Shown one piece after another: positions 37,849 to 46,602 of a stretch of DNA of 64,000 nucleotides. Under the pieces are notes generated by a model, which saw only the letters and a program-made list of their open reading frames with translations, was not told the origin of the DNA and searched no databases. The translations under genes and the position numbers were made by a program. This DNA is from Candidatus Latescibacterota bacterium (lineage in GTDB: Bacteria; Latescibacterota; UBA2968; UBA8231). The DNA lies in NCBI GenBank assembly GCA_965217585.1, contig OZ244561.1, forward strand, positions 1,152,001-1,216,000, written 5' to 3'. Numbering within the stretch: the first letter of the stretch is position 1; each line of letters starts with the position of its first letter.

Positions 37849-38752
37849 ACGCCTGAAAGATACTCTGCATCGATGGCTGCCCAAGCTGACCATCTTGAGC
37901 GTGCTGGTTCTTCTCACATCTTCCCTGATCAACGAATACTACGTGGATCCAAGGTACGACGCCGCTGCAAAAGAAGATCTCGACAAACGGCACCAGCACC
38001 TTCAGGAATACAAGGAGAAAAAGGAGGCAAAGGCAGTCGCGCTTAAAGCCGCCCTAGAGCGGATCGTGGGCCTCATAGATACACTCGACGGTAACGTGCA
38101 GACTCAAGAGACTCTGAGTAAAGCAGTGGCCCAAGAAGAAGCCATCGGCGAGGTGTGGGTGACCAATGCCCAGGGCCTCATTGTGTATTACGGCCGGCAT
38201 ATCCCCCCGGTGCGCAATGTCGCAGATTTTCCCCTTGGGTCCCTGACTAAGATATTGAATATGGTCCCCGAAGATGTGATTTCACCCATACAGCGGACCG
38301 CTATCCTATTGCCTACGATAATCGGGGGTCATTGGTCTAGGGTCTCGCCTTCATTTTCCTCTTTAAGTGTCGGCATCGACATGATCCCAAAGCACCTAAT
38401 CATTTCAACGGAAGAACCCATTTCAAGATACGGCGGTGAGCTTGTAGAAATGAACCGCGTCAAGGATGGCTTAATCGCCGCGACGGTCTCGCGGTCGCAG
38501 TATAACCCTCCGCTTCAGGAGAGAAGCGAGGAAAGCGAAAGACTCAGTCTTTTGCTCAATACGACCGGAATTGCGGCCCTAGCCGGCTTTATCCTCTTCT
38601 GGCTCTCCATCCCTGCGTGGATGGCCTTGGACGCCCAAAAGAGACGGGAAAGAGCCACGGTTTGGGGCATCTTCGGTCTCTTGGGCAATATGATCGCCTT
38701 GGTCGTCTATTTGCTAGTGCGCGAAGATGAGCCGCCGTCTGAAAATTCCTAG
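37841..38752 (+). CDS. Membrane protein with extracytoplasmic domain
   Basis: N-terminal TM; C-terminal WMALDAQKR...WGIFGLLGNMIALVVYLLVR. Confidence 0.65.
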   Translation: MNERLKDTLHRWLPKLTILSVLVLLTSSLINEYYVDPRYDAAAKEDLDKRHQHLQEYKEKKEAKAVALKAALERIVGLIDTLDGNVQTQETLSKAVAQEEAIGEVWVTNAQGLIVYYGRHIPPVRNVADFPLGSLTKILNMVPEDVISPIQRTAILLPTIIGGHWSRVSPSFSSLSVGIDMIPKHLIISTEEPISRYGGELVEMNRVKDGLIAATVSRSQYNPPLQERSEESERLSLLLNTTGIAALAGFILFWLSIPAWMALDAQKRRERATVWGIFGLLGNMIALVVYLLVREDEPPSENS

Positions 38753-38822
38753 CGAGCCAACGCGGCAGTCACCAAGAATTTGTCACGCCTAAAGGCGCGG
38801 TGAAGCAGACGGCTGCTAAGCC

Positions 38823-39821
38823 TCAGCGCCGGTTCCCCCCCTCGGGTCCGATCTCGCCCGTACCCACCCCAACGCCCGTGAGCACCTCGCTGTAGCCGGG
38901 ATAGGTGACGGCGTATTGGAATCCCTCGTTGGTGCCCGCCGCGCCAAAGCGGCCCTGCTTGTCGAGCGCGACGAAGTTGAGGTGCAACTCCTCGACCGGA
39001 CGCGGGTCGAGCGCGATGATGCGGCGGATGGTCTCGACGCAGGCTTCCTCCGGGTGCAGCCCCTGGCGCATGTACTCGACCGCGAGGAAAGTGGCGCAGT
39101 AGCGCATGACATTTTCGCCCAAACCAGTGGCCCCGGCCGCGCCCACGCCCCCAGCGACGTACAAGCCGCTGCCGATGATCGGCGAGTCGCCGACGCGGCC
39201 CGGCAGCTTGTAGCCCCAGCCACTGGTCGAGCAGCCGCCAGCGATCCGCCCCTCACCGTCGAGTCCAAGTAGAGCGATAGTATCGTGATTGTCGGCCGCG
39301 CCCTGCTTTTCCCGCCATTCCTCCCACGCCTTGCGCCTTTCTTCCGTCAGCAAATCGACGCTGGCAAAACCCTGCTCCAGCGCGAACTGCCGCGCACCTT
39401 CGCCGACGAGCATGACGTGCTTGGTCTCGTCCATCACCCGGCGCGCCACCGAGATCGGGTGCAGGATTCCCTCGATAGCGGCGACGCTGCCGGCGCGTTG
39501 CCCCTCGCCGTCCATAATGCAGGCGTCGAGTTGCACCACGCCCCGGGCGTTGGGTATGCCCCCCAATCCCACGGATGCATTGGAGGCGTCGGCTTCGGCG
39601 ACGTGGATGCCGCGCTCGACCGCGTCGAGGACCGAGCCGCCCTGTTCGGCGATCCGCAGCGATTGTTCGTTGGCGGCTTTGCCAAAGGGCCACGTAGAAA
39701 TAAAGAGGGGACGAGCAGTGTTCATGGGAATGTCCTTTTCCGCGCGCGCCGTCCCGGCGAGGGCTAGGCCGCCGGCGGCTAGTGCGGTCTCGCGCATGAA
39801 GCGACGGCGACTCAGCGGCAT
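38823..39821 (-). CDS. N4-(beta-N-acetylglucosaminyl)-L-asparaginase (glycosylasparaginase) with Tat signal
   Basis: SRRRFM Tat motif; STWPFG, SVGLGG, LDACIMDG, HDTI (Ntn Thr) and GRVGDSPIIGSG motifs. Confidence 0.92.
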   Translation of the reverse strand: MPLSRRRFMRETALAAGGLALAGTARAEKDIPMNTARPLFISTWPFGKAANEQSLRIAEQGGSVLDAVERGIHVAEADASNASVGLGGIPNARGVVQLDACIMDGEGQRAGSVAAIEGILHPISVARRVMDETKHVMLVGEGARQFALEQGFASVDLLTEERRKAWEEWREKQGAADNHDTIALLGLDGEGRIAGGCSTSGWGYKLPGRVGDSPIIGSGLYVAGGVGAAGATGLGENVMRYCATFLAVEYMRQGLHPEEACVETIRRIIALDPRPVEELHLNFVALDKQGRFGAAGTNEGFQYAVTYPGYSEVLTGVGVGTGEIGPEGGNRR

Positions 39822-39824
39822 GGC

Positions 39825-40334
39825 CTAATCCTCGTCGGCACCCTCATGGTGTTCATCGCCATCCTCGTCGGCACCGTCATGGTGACCATCGCCATCCTCG
39901 TCATTATCATCGTCGTCCTCCTTATAGGCGATGGCGGCGATCTCGACGCGAAAGTCGAAGACGATCTGCGCCCCGCCGGTGCAGGCCCGCGCCGGGAATT
40001 GCTCTTTAAAGTGGGAAGCGTATGCCTTGTTCATCTCGTGATAATCTTCAATGTCCGCAAGCCAGACGGTGACGTTGACCAAATCATCGTACGCATAGCC
40101 GTGTTCTTCAAGTATCCGCCCGATATTTTCCATGATCTGGTGGGTCTCGGCCGCGACCGACTCCTTGACGTCGGCACCATCGGCCGTGCGGGCGATCTGG
40201 CCGCTGATGAAGAGAAAGTCGTCGGCTTGGCGGGCCGGGCTGAAGGGCAGCTTCTTGAGCGGCACGGCCTCTTGGGCAAAGACTGGCGAGACGGCGAGCG
40301 CACACGCGAGCGCGGCGCGGATACAGCTTTTCAT
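39825..40334 (-). CDS. RidA/YjgF family protein with signal peptide and Asp/Glu/His-rich tail
   Basis: PFSPAR, LFISGQI, MNKAYASHF..FPAR and VEIAAIAY motifs. Confidence 0.88.
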   Translation of the reverse strand: MKSCIRAALACALAVSPVFAQEAVPLKKLPFSPARQADDFLFISGQIARTADGADVKESVAAETHQIMENIGRILEEHGYAYDDLVNVTVWLADIEDYHEMNKAYASHFKEQFPARACTGGAQIVFDFRVEIAAIAYKEDDDDNDEDGDGHHDGADEDGDEHHEGADED

Positions 40335-40466
40335 AAGGTATCTCCTGGTGTCGAGTTAGACCTGTTAATAAGCTCAATGGGACATGCGGCGACAACCGGC
40401 GCGGGTCGCCGATGCGAGCCGGGCCAGCATTCTTTCTACTTGAAATAACGACGTTACTGTATTTTA

Positions 40467-40495
40467 TTGACAGAGATATGGTCCGCGCTTACTTT
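40467..40495 (+). promoter_or_regulatory. Candidate sigma70 promoter TTGACA-N17-TACTTT
   Basis: Perfect -35 and consensus spacing at the start of the RM island. Confidence 0.55.
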
Positions 40496-40546
40496 TATGC
40501 TGCACAGAATTTCACCGTTATCACCCCGATTAAGGAGCTCTCAATT

Positions 40547-40750
40547 ATGACTGAATCGACCTCCCTCGACCACGGCGAGCGCATCGGCCGCCTCGAAGGT
40601 ATCATCGAACAAATTAACGAGCGCCTCAACAGCATAACCCGTCGCCTCGATAGCCTAGAAAGCAACCACCGTCGAGACTTTCGCTGGCTCATCGGCCTTC
40701 AGTTGGCTACTTGGGGCACGATAGTAGGTTTGAAACTATTTGGTGGATAG
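40547..40750 (+). CDS. Small coiled-coil protein with C-terminal TM helix
   Basis: TAAGGAG RBS; ERIGRLEGIIEQINERL...DFRWLIGLQLATWGTIVG. Confidence 0.7.
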   Translation: MTESTSLDHGERIGRLEGIIEQINERLNSITRRLDSLESNHRRDFRWLIGLQLATWGTIVGLKLFGG

Positions 40751-40762
40751 CCGCCACATCAT

Positions 40763-41356
40763 TTGAAACCTGACGATTGCAAGTTGTTAAAGACGCTTAA
40801 AGATATAGCCCGCGTCCAGATGGGCCTTTCCTTTCGTTCTCGCATTGAGCCGGAAGCGGATGGGACTGTTGCAGTCATTCAGATGCGCGACTTGACCGAG
40901 GATAATAAATTGAGCCACCGCAATCTGATCACTATTAAAATGAGCGGCCTCGGCGACCGCCATTTGGTCAAACGCAGAGATTTGATTTTTCGCTCCAGAG
41001 GGCAGACCACTACGGCGGCAATTATTGATACGGAAATAGGTCCGGCGATTGTCGCAGCCCCTCTATTGAGAGTCCGAGTTACGAGCAAACACGTCCTACC
41101 GGAGTACCTGTGCTGGTTCGTCAACCAGCCGCTAGCGCAGGCGTTTTTGCACAGCAGAGCTACCGGGACGGCGATGACTGTGATTGGCAAGTCCGCCCTC
41201 GATGATTTGGAAGTGCCCCTGCCCGATCTTGAAACTCAAGAGCAAATCGTCGCCCTGGCCGATTTGTCAAATCAAGAGCAGAGGCTGATGAGGGAGTTGG
41301 CGGAGAAGAAGGAAAAACTAGTCAACGGGATTCAGATGCGATTGGCAACTAAATAG
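40763..41356 (+). CDS. Single-TRD type I restriction specificity (HsdS-like) protein
   Basis: LKDIARVQMG, DLIFRSRG, LPEYLCWF and LEVPLPDLETQEQIV motifs. Confidence 0.8.
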   Translation: MKPDDCKLLKTLKDIARVQMGLSFRSRIEPEADGTVAVIQMRDLTEDNKLSHRNLITIKMSGLGDRHLVKRRDLIFRSRGQTTTAAIIDTEIGPAIVAAPLLRVRVTSKHVLPEYLCWFVNQPLAQAFLHSRATGTAMTVIGKSALDDLEVPLPDLETQEQIVALADLSNQEQRLMRELAEKKEKLVNGIQMRLATK

Positions 41357-41368
41357 GAGCAGCAAGAT

Positions 41369-42919
41369 ATGAGCGATCAGATCCAACAGAAAGACATCAA
41401 CAGCGCCGCTTGGGCGGCCTGCGACACCTTTCGCGGGGTAATGGATGCGGCTGGATACAAAGATTACATCCTCGTGATGCTATTCCTCAAATACATCTCC
41501 GATGTCTGGAAAGACCACTACGAGGAATATCAAGAAAGATACGGCGACAACGATGAGCGCATCCGGCGCAGGCTGCAAAACGAGCGCTTTGTCCTGCCAG
41601 AAGACAGCAGCTTTTACGACCTCTATAAACAGCGCTCGGAAGCCAACATTGGCGAACTCATCAATATCGCGCTGGAGGCGATTGAAACGGAGAACAAAGA
41701 GAAACTGGAAGATGTTTTCCGCAATATAGATTTCAACAGCGAGGCCAATCTCGGCAAAACCAGAGACCGCAATCGCCGCCTGAAAATGCTGCTGGAAGAT
41801 TTCAATAAACCCGAATTGAACATGAGCCCCAGCCGCGTTTCAGAAGACGTCATCGGCAACACCTACATCTACCTAATCGAGCGTTTCGCCTCCGACGCGG
41901 GCAAAAAAGCCGGCGAGTTCTATACGCCGCACAAGGTGTCGGAGCTGGTGGCGCGACTGTGCGCTCCCAAGCCCGGAGCCCGCATCTGCGATCCCGCCTG
42001 CGGTTCTGCGGGGCTGCTGATTGAAGCGGCCCGGCTGGTGGGCGGCAGGGACTATGCCCTGTACGGCATGGAGGTGAACGGCAGCACTTGGGCACTGGCG
42101 CGGATGAACATGTTTCTGCACGGTGCCGACTCCGCCCGCATCGAATGGTGCAACACCCTTACCTCCCCGGCACTGGTGGAAAACAACCAACTGATAAAGT
42201 TCAACAACGTGGTCGCCAATCCGCCGTTTTCGCTCGACAAGTGGGGCGCAGAAGACGCCGATGCGGACCCGTACAACCGCTTTTGGCGCGGGGTGCCGCC
42301 CAAATCCAAGGGGGACTATGCTTTTATCAGTCACATGGTGGAAGCGGCTTTGGAAAAAGAGGGGCGGGTTGCGGTGGTGGCTCCGCACGGGGTTTTGTTT
42401 CGGGGCGCTGCTGAAGGGCGCATTCGCCAGCAGCTCATTGAAGAAAACTTGCTCGATGCCGTCATCGGCTTGCCCGGCAATCTGTTCCCCACAACCTCGA
42501 TACCGGTGGCCGTTTTGGTCTTTGACCGCTCGCGTGAACAAGGAGGCGCGAACGAGAACCGCAAAGACGTTCTGTTTGTCGATGCAAGCCGCGAATATCA
42601 GGCGGGTAAGAATCAAAACACCTTGCTAGACGAGCACCTCGAAAAGATCACCGCTGCTTATGAAAAACGCGAAGATGTGGAAAAATACGCCCACCTCGCC
42701 ACCCTTGAGGAAATCGCGGAAAATGACTTCAACCTGAACATTCCGCGCTACGTGGACACCTTTGAGGAAGAGGAGGAGATTGATATTGATGCGGTGGGAA
42801 GAGAGATCGACCAGTTGGAAAAGGAATTGAGTGTGGTGCGTGGGGAAATGGGGAGGTTGTTGCAGGGGATTGATCGGGGGGAAGGTTTAGGACAGATTGA
42901 TAGGATCTCGACCCTATGA
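41369..42919 (+). CDS. hsdM: Type I restriction-modification methyltransferase subunit M
   Basis: AGEFYTP, DPACGSAG, ANPPFS and FNLNIPRYVD motifs. Confidence 0.97.
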   Translation: MSDQIQQKDINSAAWAACDTFRGVMDAAGYKDYILVMLFLKYISDVWKDHYEEYQERYGDNDERIRRRLQNERFVLPEDSSFYDLYKQRSEANIGELINIALEAIETENKEKLEDVFRNIDFNSEANLGKTRDRNRRLKMLLEDFNKPELNMSPSRVSEDVIGNTYIYLIERFASDAGKKAGEFYTPHKVSELVARLCAPKPGARICDPACGSAGLLIEAARLVGGRDYALYGMEVNGSTWALARMNMFLHGADSARIEWCNTLTSPALVENNQLIKFNNVVANPPFSLDKWGAEDADADPYNRFWRGVPPKSKGDYAFISHMVEAALEKEGRVAVVAPHGVLFRGAAEGRIRQQLIEENLLDAVIGLPGNLFPTTSIPVAVLVFDRSREQGGANENRKDVLFVDASREYQAGKNQNTLLDEHLEKITAAYEKREDVEKYAHLATLEEIAENDFNLNIPRYVDTFEEEEEIDIDAVGREIDQLEKELSVVRGEMGRLLQGIDRGEGLGQIDRISTL

Positions 42920-43194
42920 GCTTGCGCTTTGAGTGGGATATCAATAAGGCAACTGCTAACGTGGCAAAGCACAATGTGAGTTTTGCAGAAGCAGCCACTG
43001 TATTTCGCGATCCAATTGCTGCTATTTTCGATGATGAAGCTCACTCAAACGAGAAACGTAGAGAATTCATCATTGGACATTCCGATAAGAACCATTTGCT
43101 TTTAGTATGCTTCTCTGAGCGAGACGATGCCATCCGCATTATCAGTGCTCGGCAAGCAACAAGGAGGGAACGCCAAGATTATGAAGAATACTGA
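42916..43194 (+). CDS. brnT: BrnT family toxin
   Basis: FEWDINKA..NVAKHNVSFAEA..VF.DP and IRIISARQAT..ER..YEE motifs. Confidence 0.92.
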   Translation: MSLRFEWDINKATANVAKHNVSFAEAATVFRDPIAAIFDDEAHSNEKRREFIIGHSDKNHLLLVCFSERDDAIRIISARQATRRERQDYEEY

Positions 43195-43420
43195 ATCCGT
43201 TAAACAGACCGCTGGCGCAGCGGATGAGATGCGAGATGAATACCAGTTCGACTACAGTAAGGCGAAGCCCAACCGCTTTGCGGACAAAATTGGACGCGAG
43301 CAGTTGATGGTCGTTCTCGATCAAGACGTCGCGGCTGTATTCAAGACTCCTGAATCTGTTAACCAAGTACTGCGAGCGATTATCACCTCAATGCCAATCG
43401 CGGAAAAAGGAGATAGCTAA
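43181..43420 (+). CDS. Putative antitoxin of the BrnT pair
   Basis: Overlaps the brnT 3' end; DEMRDEYQFDYSKAKPNRFA...VLDQDVAAVF...VNQVLRAII. Confidence 0.8.
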   Translation: MKNTESVKQTAGAADEMRDEYQFDYSKAKPNRFADKIGREQLMVVLDQDVAAVFKTPESVNQVLRAIITSMPIAEKGDS

Positions 43421-43432
43421 AAAAATAAAAGC

Positions 43433-43825
43433 ATGAGACGACGAGAAGCCCGCCTCATTTTGGGTGTAGCTGAGGACGCCACCACAGAGGCGATAAAGTC
43501 GGCGTTTCGCCGCTATGCCCTCAAGCATCACCCCGACCGCAACCCGAACAACCCGGTTGCCGAAGAGGCATTTAAGAAGGGTGCTCATGCCTATCGCTTG
43601 CTGACGGGACAGGAGGGGACCGATCTGGATGAATTGTTAGAGCAGTTTGACGATATAGAGCAGGCCCTCGACCAAATGAAGCAGTCCTTTGACGAATTTG
43701 GAAAAAATATGTCAGAAGGACTCGACCGGATCGAAACCAAGATGTCCCGCATGTTTAAGTGGACCATCTTCTTGATGATTTTCACGACCCTATCGTTGGT
43801 TCTTCTCATTCTGCTCGATTTCTGA
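43433..43825 (+). CDS. J-domain (DnaJ) protein with coiled coil and C-terminal TM helix
   Basis: ILGV...IKSAFRRYALKHHPDRNP..AEEAFK; ends MFKWTIFLMIFTTLSLVLLILL. Confidence 0.85.
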   Translation: MRRREARLILGVAEDATTEAIKSAFRRYALKHHPDRNPNNPVAEEAFKKGAHAYRLLTGQEGTDLDELLEQFDDIEQALDQMKQSFDEFGKNMSEGLDRIETKMSRMFKWTIFLMIFTTLSLVLLILLDF

Positions 43826-43961
43826 TTTTGGTCTTCGCTGTTCTGTGTCAGAAGCATAAAAAGAAAGGGATCCTCAGACGACGCAGATAATCCGTCAGTC
43901 CCGTGAAAGGGGGGCGAGAGGCCGGACTTGGGCAGGTACAGATAGCAGGAGGAGTAACGGC

Positions 43962-44756
43962 ATGGGCAAGAAACCCTCAAAAAATCTTACCATCCGCAAT
44001 AGCACGGCGGAGTTTCTGATCTTCACCCGTCAGTCCGGCAGGGGAGGAATTGAGGTTCGCTATGAGGATGAGACTATCTGGCTGACGCAGAAACTGATGG
44101 CGGAGTTGTTTAGCACGGCAAAATCCACCATCAGCGAACATTTGGGCAATATCTACGCCTCTGGAGAACTGACTAAAAACTCAACTGTTCGGAAATTCCG
44201 AACAGTTCAAAGGGAAGGAAATCGCGATGTTGAACGAGATCTGGATTACAACAGGGACGCGCCGACCACCCGCGAGTTTTTCGCCAGAGTGCAAAACAAG
44301 CTGCATTATGCCATTCACGGCCATACTGCGGCGGAATTGATCCAACAGCGAGCCGATGGAAAAAAGAAAAACATGGGATTGACCAGTTGGGAAAACAGTC
44401 CCGACGGCAAAATCCTGAAGTCTGATGTGTCTGTCGCCAAAAACTACCTATCGAAAGAAGAGCTGGAATCTCTTGGGCGGATCGTCAACGCCTATATTGA
44501 CCTCGCCGAAGACCGGGCACAGCGCAAAATTCCGATGACGATGGAGGACTGGTCAAAACGGCTCGATATATTTCTCGAAGCTTTTGACCGTCAGATACTG
44601 CAAGACAGCGGACGAGTCAGTGCCGAGATTGCCAAGACCCATGCCGAAAGCGAGTTTGAGAAATACCGGGTTGTTCAGGATCGTTTGTTTGAATCTGATT
44701 TTGATAGAGAAACCAAGAGACTGGAACAGCAACTGAGCCGAAAAGACGGGGGGTAA
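43962..44756 (+). CDS. rhuM: RhuM family protein, apparently with an in-frame internal deletion
   Basis: ETIWLTQKLMAELF..KSTISEHL.NIY..GEL, FFARVQNKLHYAIHGHTAAELI and AKNYL motifs; the central YNLDAIISVGYRV block is absent. Confidence 0.8.
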   Translation: MGKKPSKNLTIRNSTAEFLIFTRQSGRGGIEVRYEDETIWLTQKLMAELFSTAKSTISEHLGNIYASGELTKNSTVRKFRTVQREGNRDVERDLDYNRDAPTTREFFARVQNKLHYAIHGHTAAELIQQRADGKKKNMGLTSWENSPDGKILKSDVSVAKNYLSKEELESLGRIVNAYIDLAEDRAQRKIPMTMEDWSKRLDIFLEAFDRQILQDSGRVSAEIAKTHAESEFEKYRVVQDRLFESDFDRETKRLEQQLSRKDGG

Positions 44757-44759
44757 GGG

Positions 44760-44846
44760 ATGAGTAGGAAGACGGCGAAAGAAGATGCGTTGCCGAAGAG
44801 GTGGCGAGAAGTGAGTTTTCAAAGAGACAATTTTATTGGAAATTAG
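44760..44846 (+). pseudogene. hsdS 5' stub
   Basis: MSRKTAKEDALPKRWREV resembles MIKNDVLPKEWRSV at 45785. Confidence 0.5.
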
Positions 44847-44877
44847 CATAGATACACTCAGCGGAAAGGACAGAGAC

Positions 44878-45306
44878 ATGAGCAAGAGACCTTCAGAAAA
44901 TCCTGCCGGGATTGTCCATGAGCCCAATGTCTTATACCGTCGAAAAGAGAGACTTACCTGGGGCCATATTATCCCCAACTACTACTCGTGGCCGATGGAC
45001 AATATCCCGACCGTCACTACCCGCAAGCGCGGCGATGAGGCCATCACCTACGACACAACCAAGTTGGATTCGATATATGAGCCTATGATCTGTCGGAATA
45101 CGATCATACGGACTGAGATTATCTCTAAGGCCAGAGTCTCAGATGATCGTGCGGACAGGCTTGTACAACTATTGCAGTCATGGATAGACGAGGGGGATGA
45201 AGAAGAACAGCGAGAAACGCTTGAATATCTCATTCACGCTTTGGATGAAGATCGGCTATCCAACCGCAAGCTGTTCCCAAAGGAACTGAAAGGAAAGAGT
45301 TGGTAA
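44878..45306 (+). CDS. Hypothetical protein, probable antitoxin partner of the PIN protein
   Basis: C-terminal LLQSWIDEGDEEEQRETLEYLIHALDEDRLSNRKLFP; overlaps the PIN gene. Confidence 0.6.
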   Translation: MSKRPSENPAGIVHEPNVLYRRKERLTWGHIIPNYYSWPMDNIPTVTTRKRGDEAITYDTTKLDSIYEPMICRNTIIRTEIISKARVSDDRADRLVQLLQSWIDEGDEEEQRETLEYLIHALDEDRLSNRKLFPKELKGKSW

Positions 45307-45749
45307 GCCAGACCGTACTACTCGATAGTGGCCCCCTCGGTCTACTAACCAATCCAAATGTATCGGAATCGGCCACACAATGTGTAAAATGGCTTCAAAA
45401 GGTGGCAACTAGCGGCGCGACAGTGATGGTGCCAGAGATAGCCGATTACGAGATTCGGCGTGAGTTACTTAGAGCAAGAAAGACCGAAGGTATTAGGCGG
45501 CTTGACAATCTCATTTCTCAAACCGATTACTTAGCGATCACGACTACTGCTATGCGCCAAGCCGCTGATTACTGGGCTGAGGCTCGTCAGCAAGGTCGAG
45601 CAACGGCAGATGATAAAGCACTTGATGGCGACGTGATCTTAGCAGCGCAAGCGGTAACACTAGATCGAGCAAATGTAGTTATCGCAACGACGAACGTAAA
45701 GCACCTGTCTCGTTTCACTCAAGCGATGCTTTGGTCCGATATCGGTTAG
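45300..45749 (+). CDS. PIN-domain (VapC-like) nuclease toxin
   Basis: VLLDSGPLG, PEIADYEIRRELL, LDGDVILAAQA and IATTNVKHL motifs. Confidence 0.88.
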   Translation: MVSQTVLLDSGPLGLLTNPNVSESATQCVKWLQKVATSGATVMVPEIADYEIRRELLRARKTEGIRRLDNLISQTDYLAITTTAMRQAADYWAEARQQGRATADDKALDGDVILAAQAVTLDRANVVIATTNVKHLSRFTQAMLWSDIG

Positions 45750-45784
45750 AAATTTTGAACAGTTCAAAAGGGATTTTGTAGAAG

Positions 45785-46585
45785 ATGATAAAAAATGACG
45801 TATTGCCGAAGGAATGGCGGTCTGTGAGGCTAGCGGATGCTTGTGAGGTCATTGTTAGCTCTGTTGACAAAAAGACCGTCGATGGGGAATTACCCGTCCA
45901 ATTATGCAATTACACAGATGTTTATTACCACAACGATATTGGTTGTGATATTGACTTCATGGCTGCTACAGCTAAACCTTTAGAGATAGAAAAATTTTTG
46001 CTTATTGAAGGTGATGTAATCATTACCAAAGATTCTGAAACACCTGATGACATTGGTGTTCCTTCCTATGTTAAAGAAACCATCGATAATCTGTTATGCG
46101 GCTATTATTTAGCAATTCTTCGACCAAATAAGCAAACGATAGGAAAATATGTTTGTTATGCCTTGACTTCTCCGAGAGTAAAATATGATTTTTATAGATT
46201 TGCTAATGGAATTACACGCTTTGGACTTACAACAGAATCCTATAAAAAAATTAAGATACCACTCCCTCCACTATATGAACAGAAAGCCATTGCGTCTTTA
46301 CTGGAAACATGGGATACGGCGATAGAGAAAACCGAATCACTGATCGCGGCGAAGGAGAAGCAATTTAAGTGGCTGCTGAAAACTCTTATTAGCGACCAAC
46401 AGGATAATCCTGAATGGCGAAAGGTGAAGCTGGAGGAATTAGGTGCAATTCATTCTGGCGGAACGCCATCAACTCAAGATAGCAGCAATTGGAATGGAGA
46501 TATTTTTTGGCTCACTCCATACCGCACTCAAAAACGTGGCCTGATGCAGAAATTGCTGACGGGAAAATGGCGAATAAGGAATTAA
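45785..46585 (+). CDS. hsdS: Type I HsdS with the second TRD largely deleted
   Basis: Complete TRD1 and helix (IPLPPLYEQKAIA); TRD2 start (SGGTPST...IFWLTP) joined directly to the terminal QKRGLMQKLLTGKWR. Confidence 0.85.
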   Translation: MIKNDVLPKEWRSVRLADACEVIVSSVDKKTVDGELPVQLCNYTDVYYHNDIGCDIDFMAATAKPLEIEKFLLIEGDVIITKDSETPDDIGVPSYVKETIDNLLCGYYLAILRPNKQTIGKYVCYALTSPRVKYDFYRFANGITRFGLTTESYKKIKIPLPPLYEQKAIASLLETWDTAIEKTESLIAAKEKQFKWLLKTLISDQQDNPEWRKVKLEELGAIHSGGTPSTQDSSNWNGDIFWLTPYRTQKRGLMQKLLTGKWRIRN

Positions 46586-46602
46586 AGCACAGGGTGATGA
46601 GT

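Noticed and set aside
42870-42915. Possible additional hsdS stub at the hsdM 3' end
   Set aside because: Only a few residues resemble hsdS; not supportable.
46489-46596. Longer start of the HNH-PIN protein
   Set aside because: It overlaps the hsdS 3' end in another frame; ATG 46597 or 46603 is more plausible.
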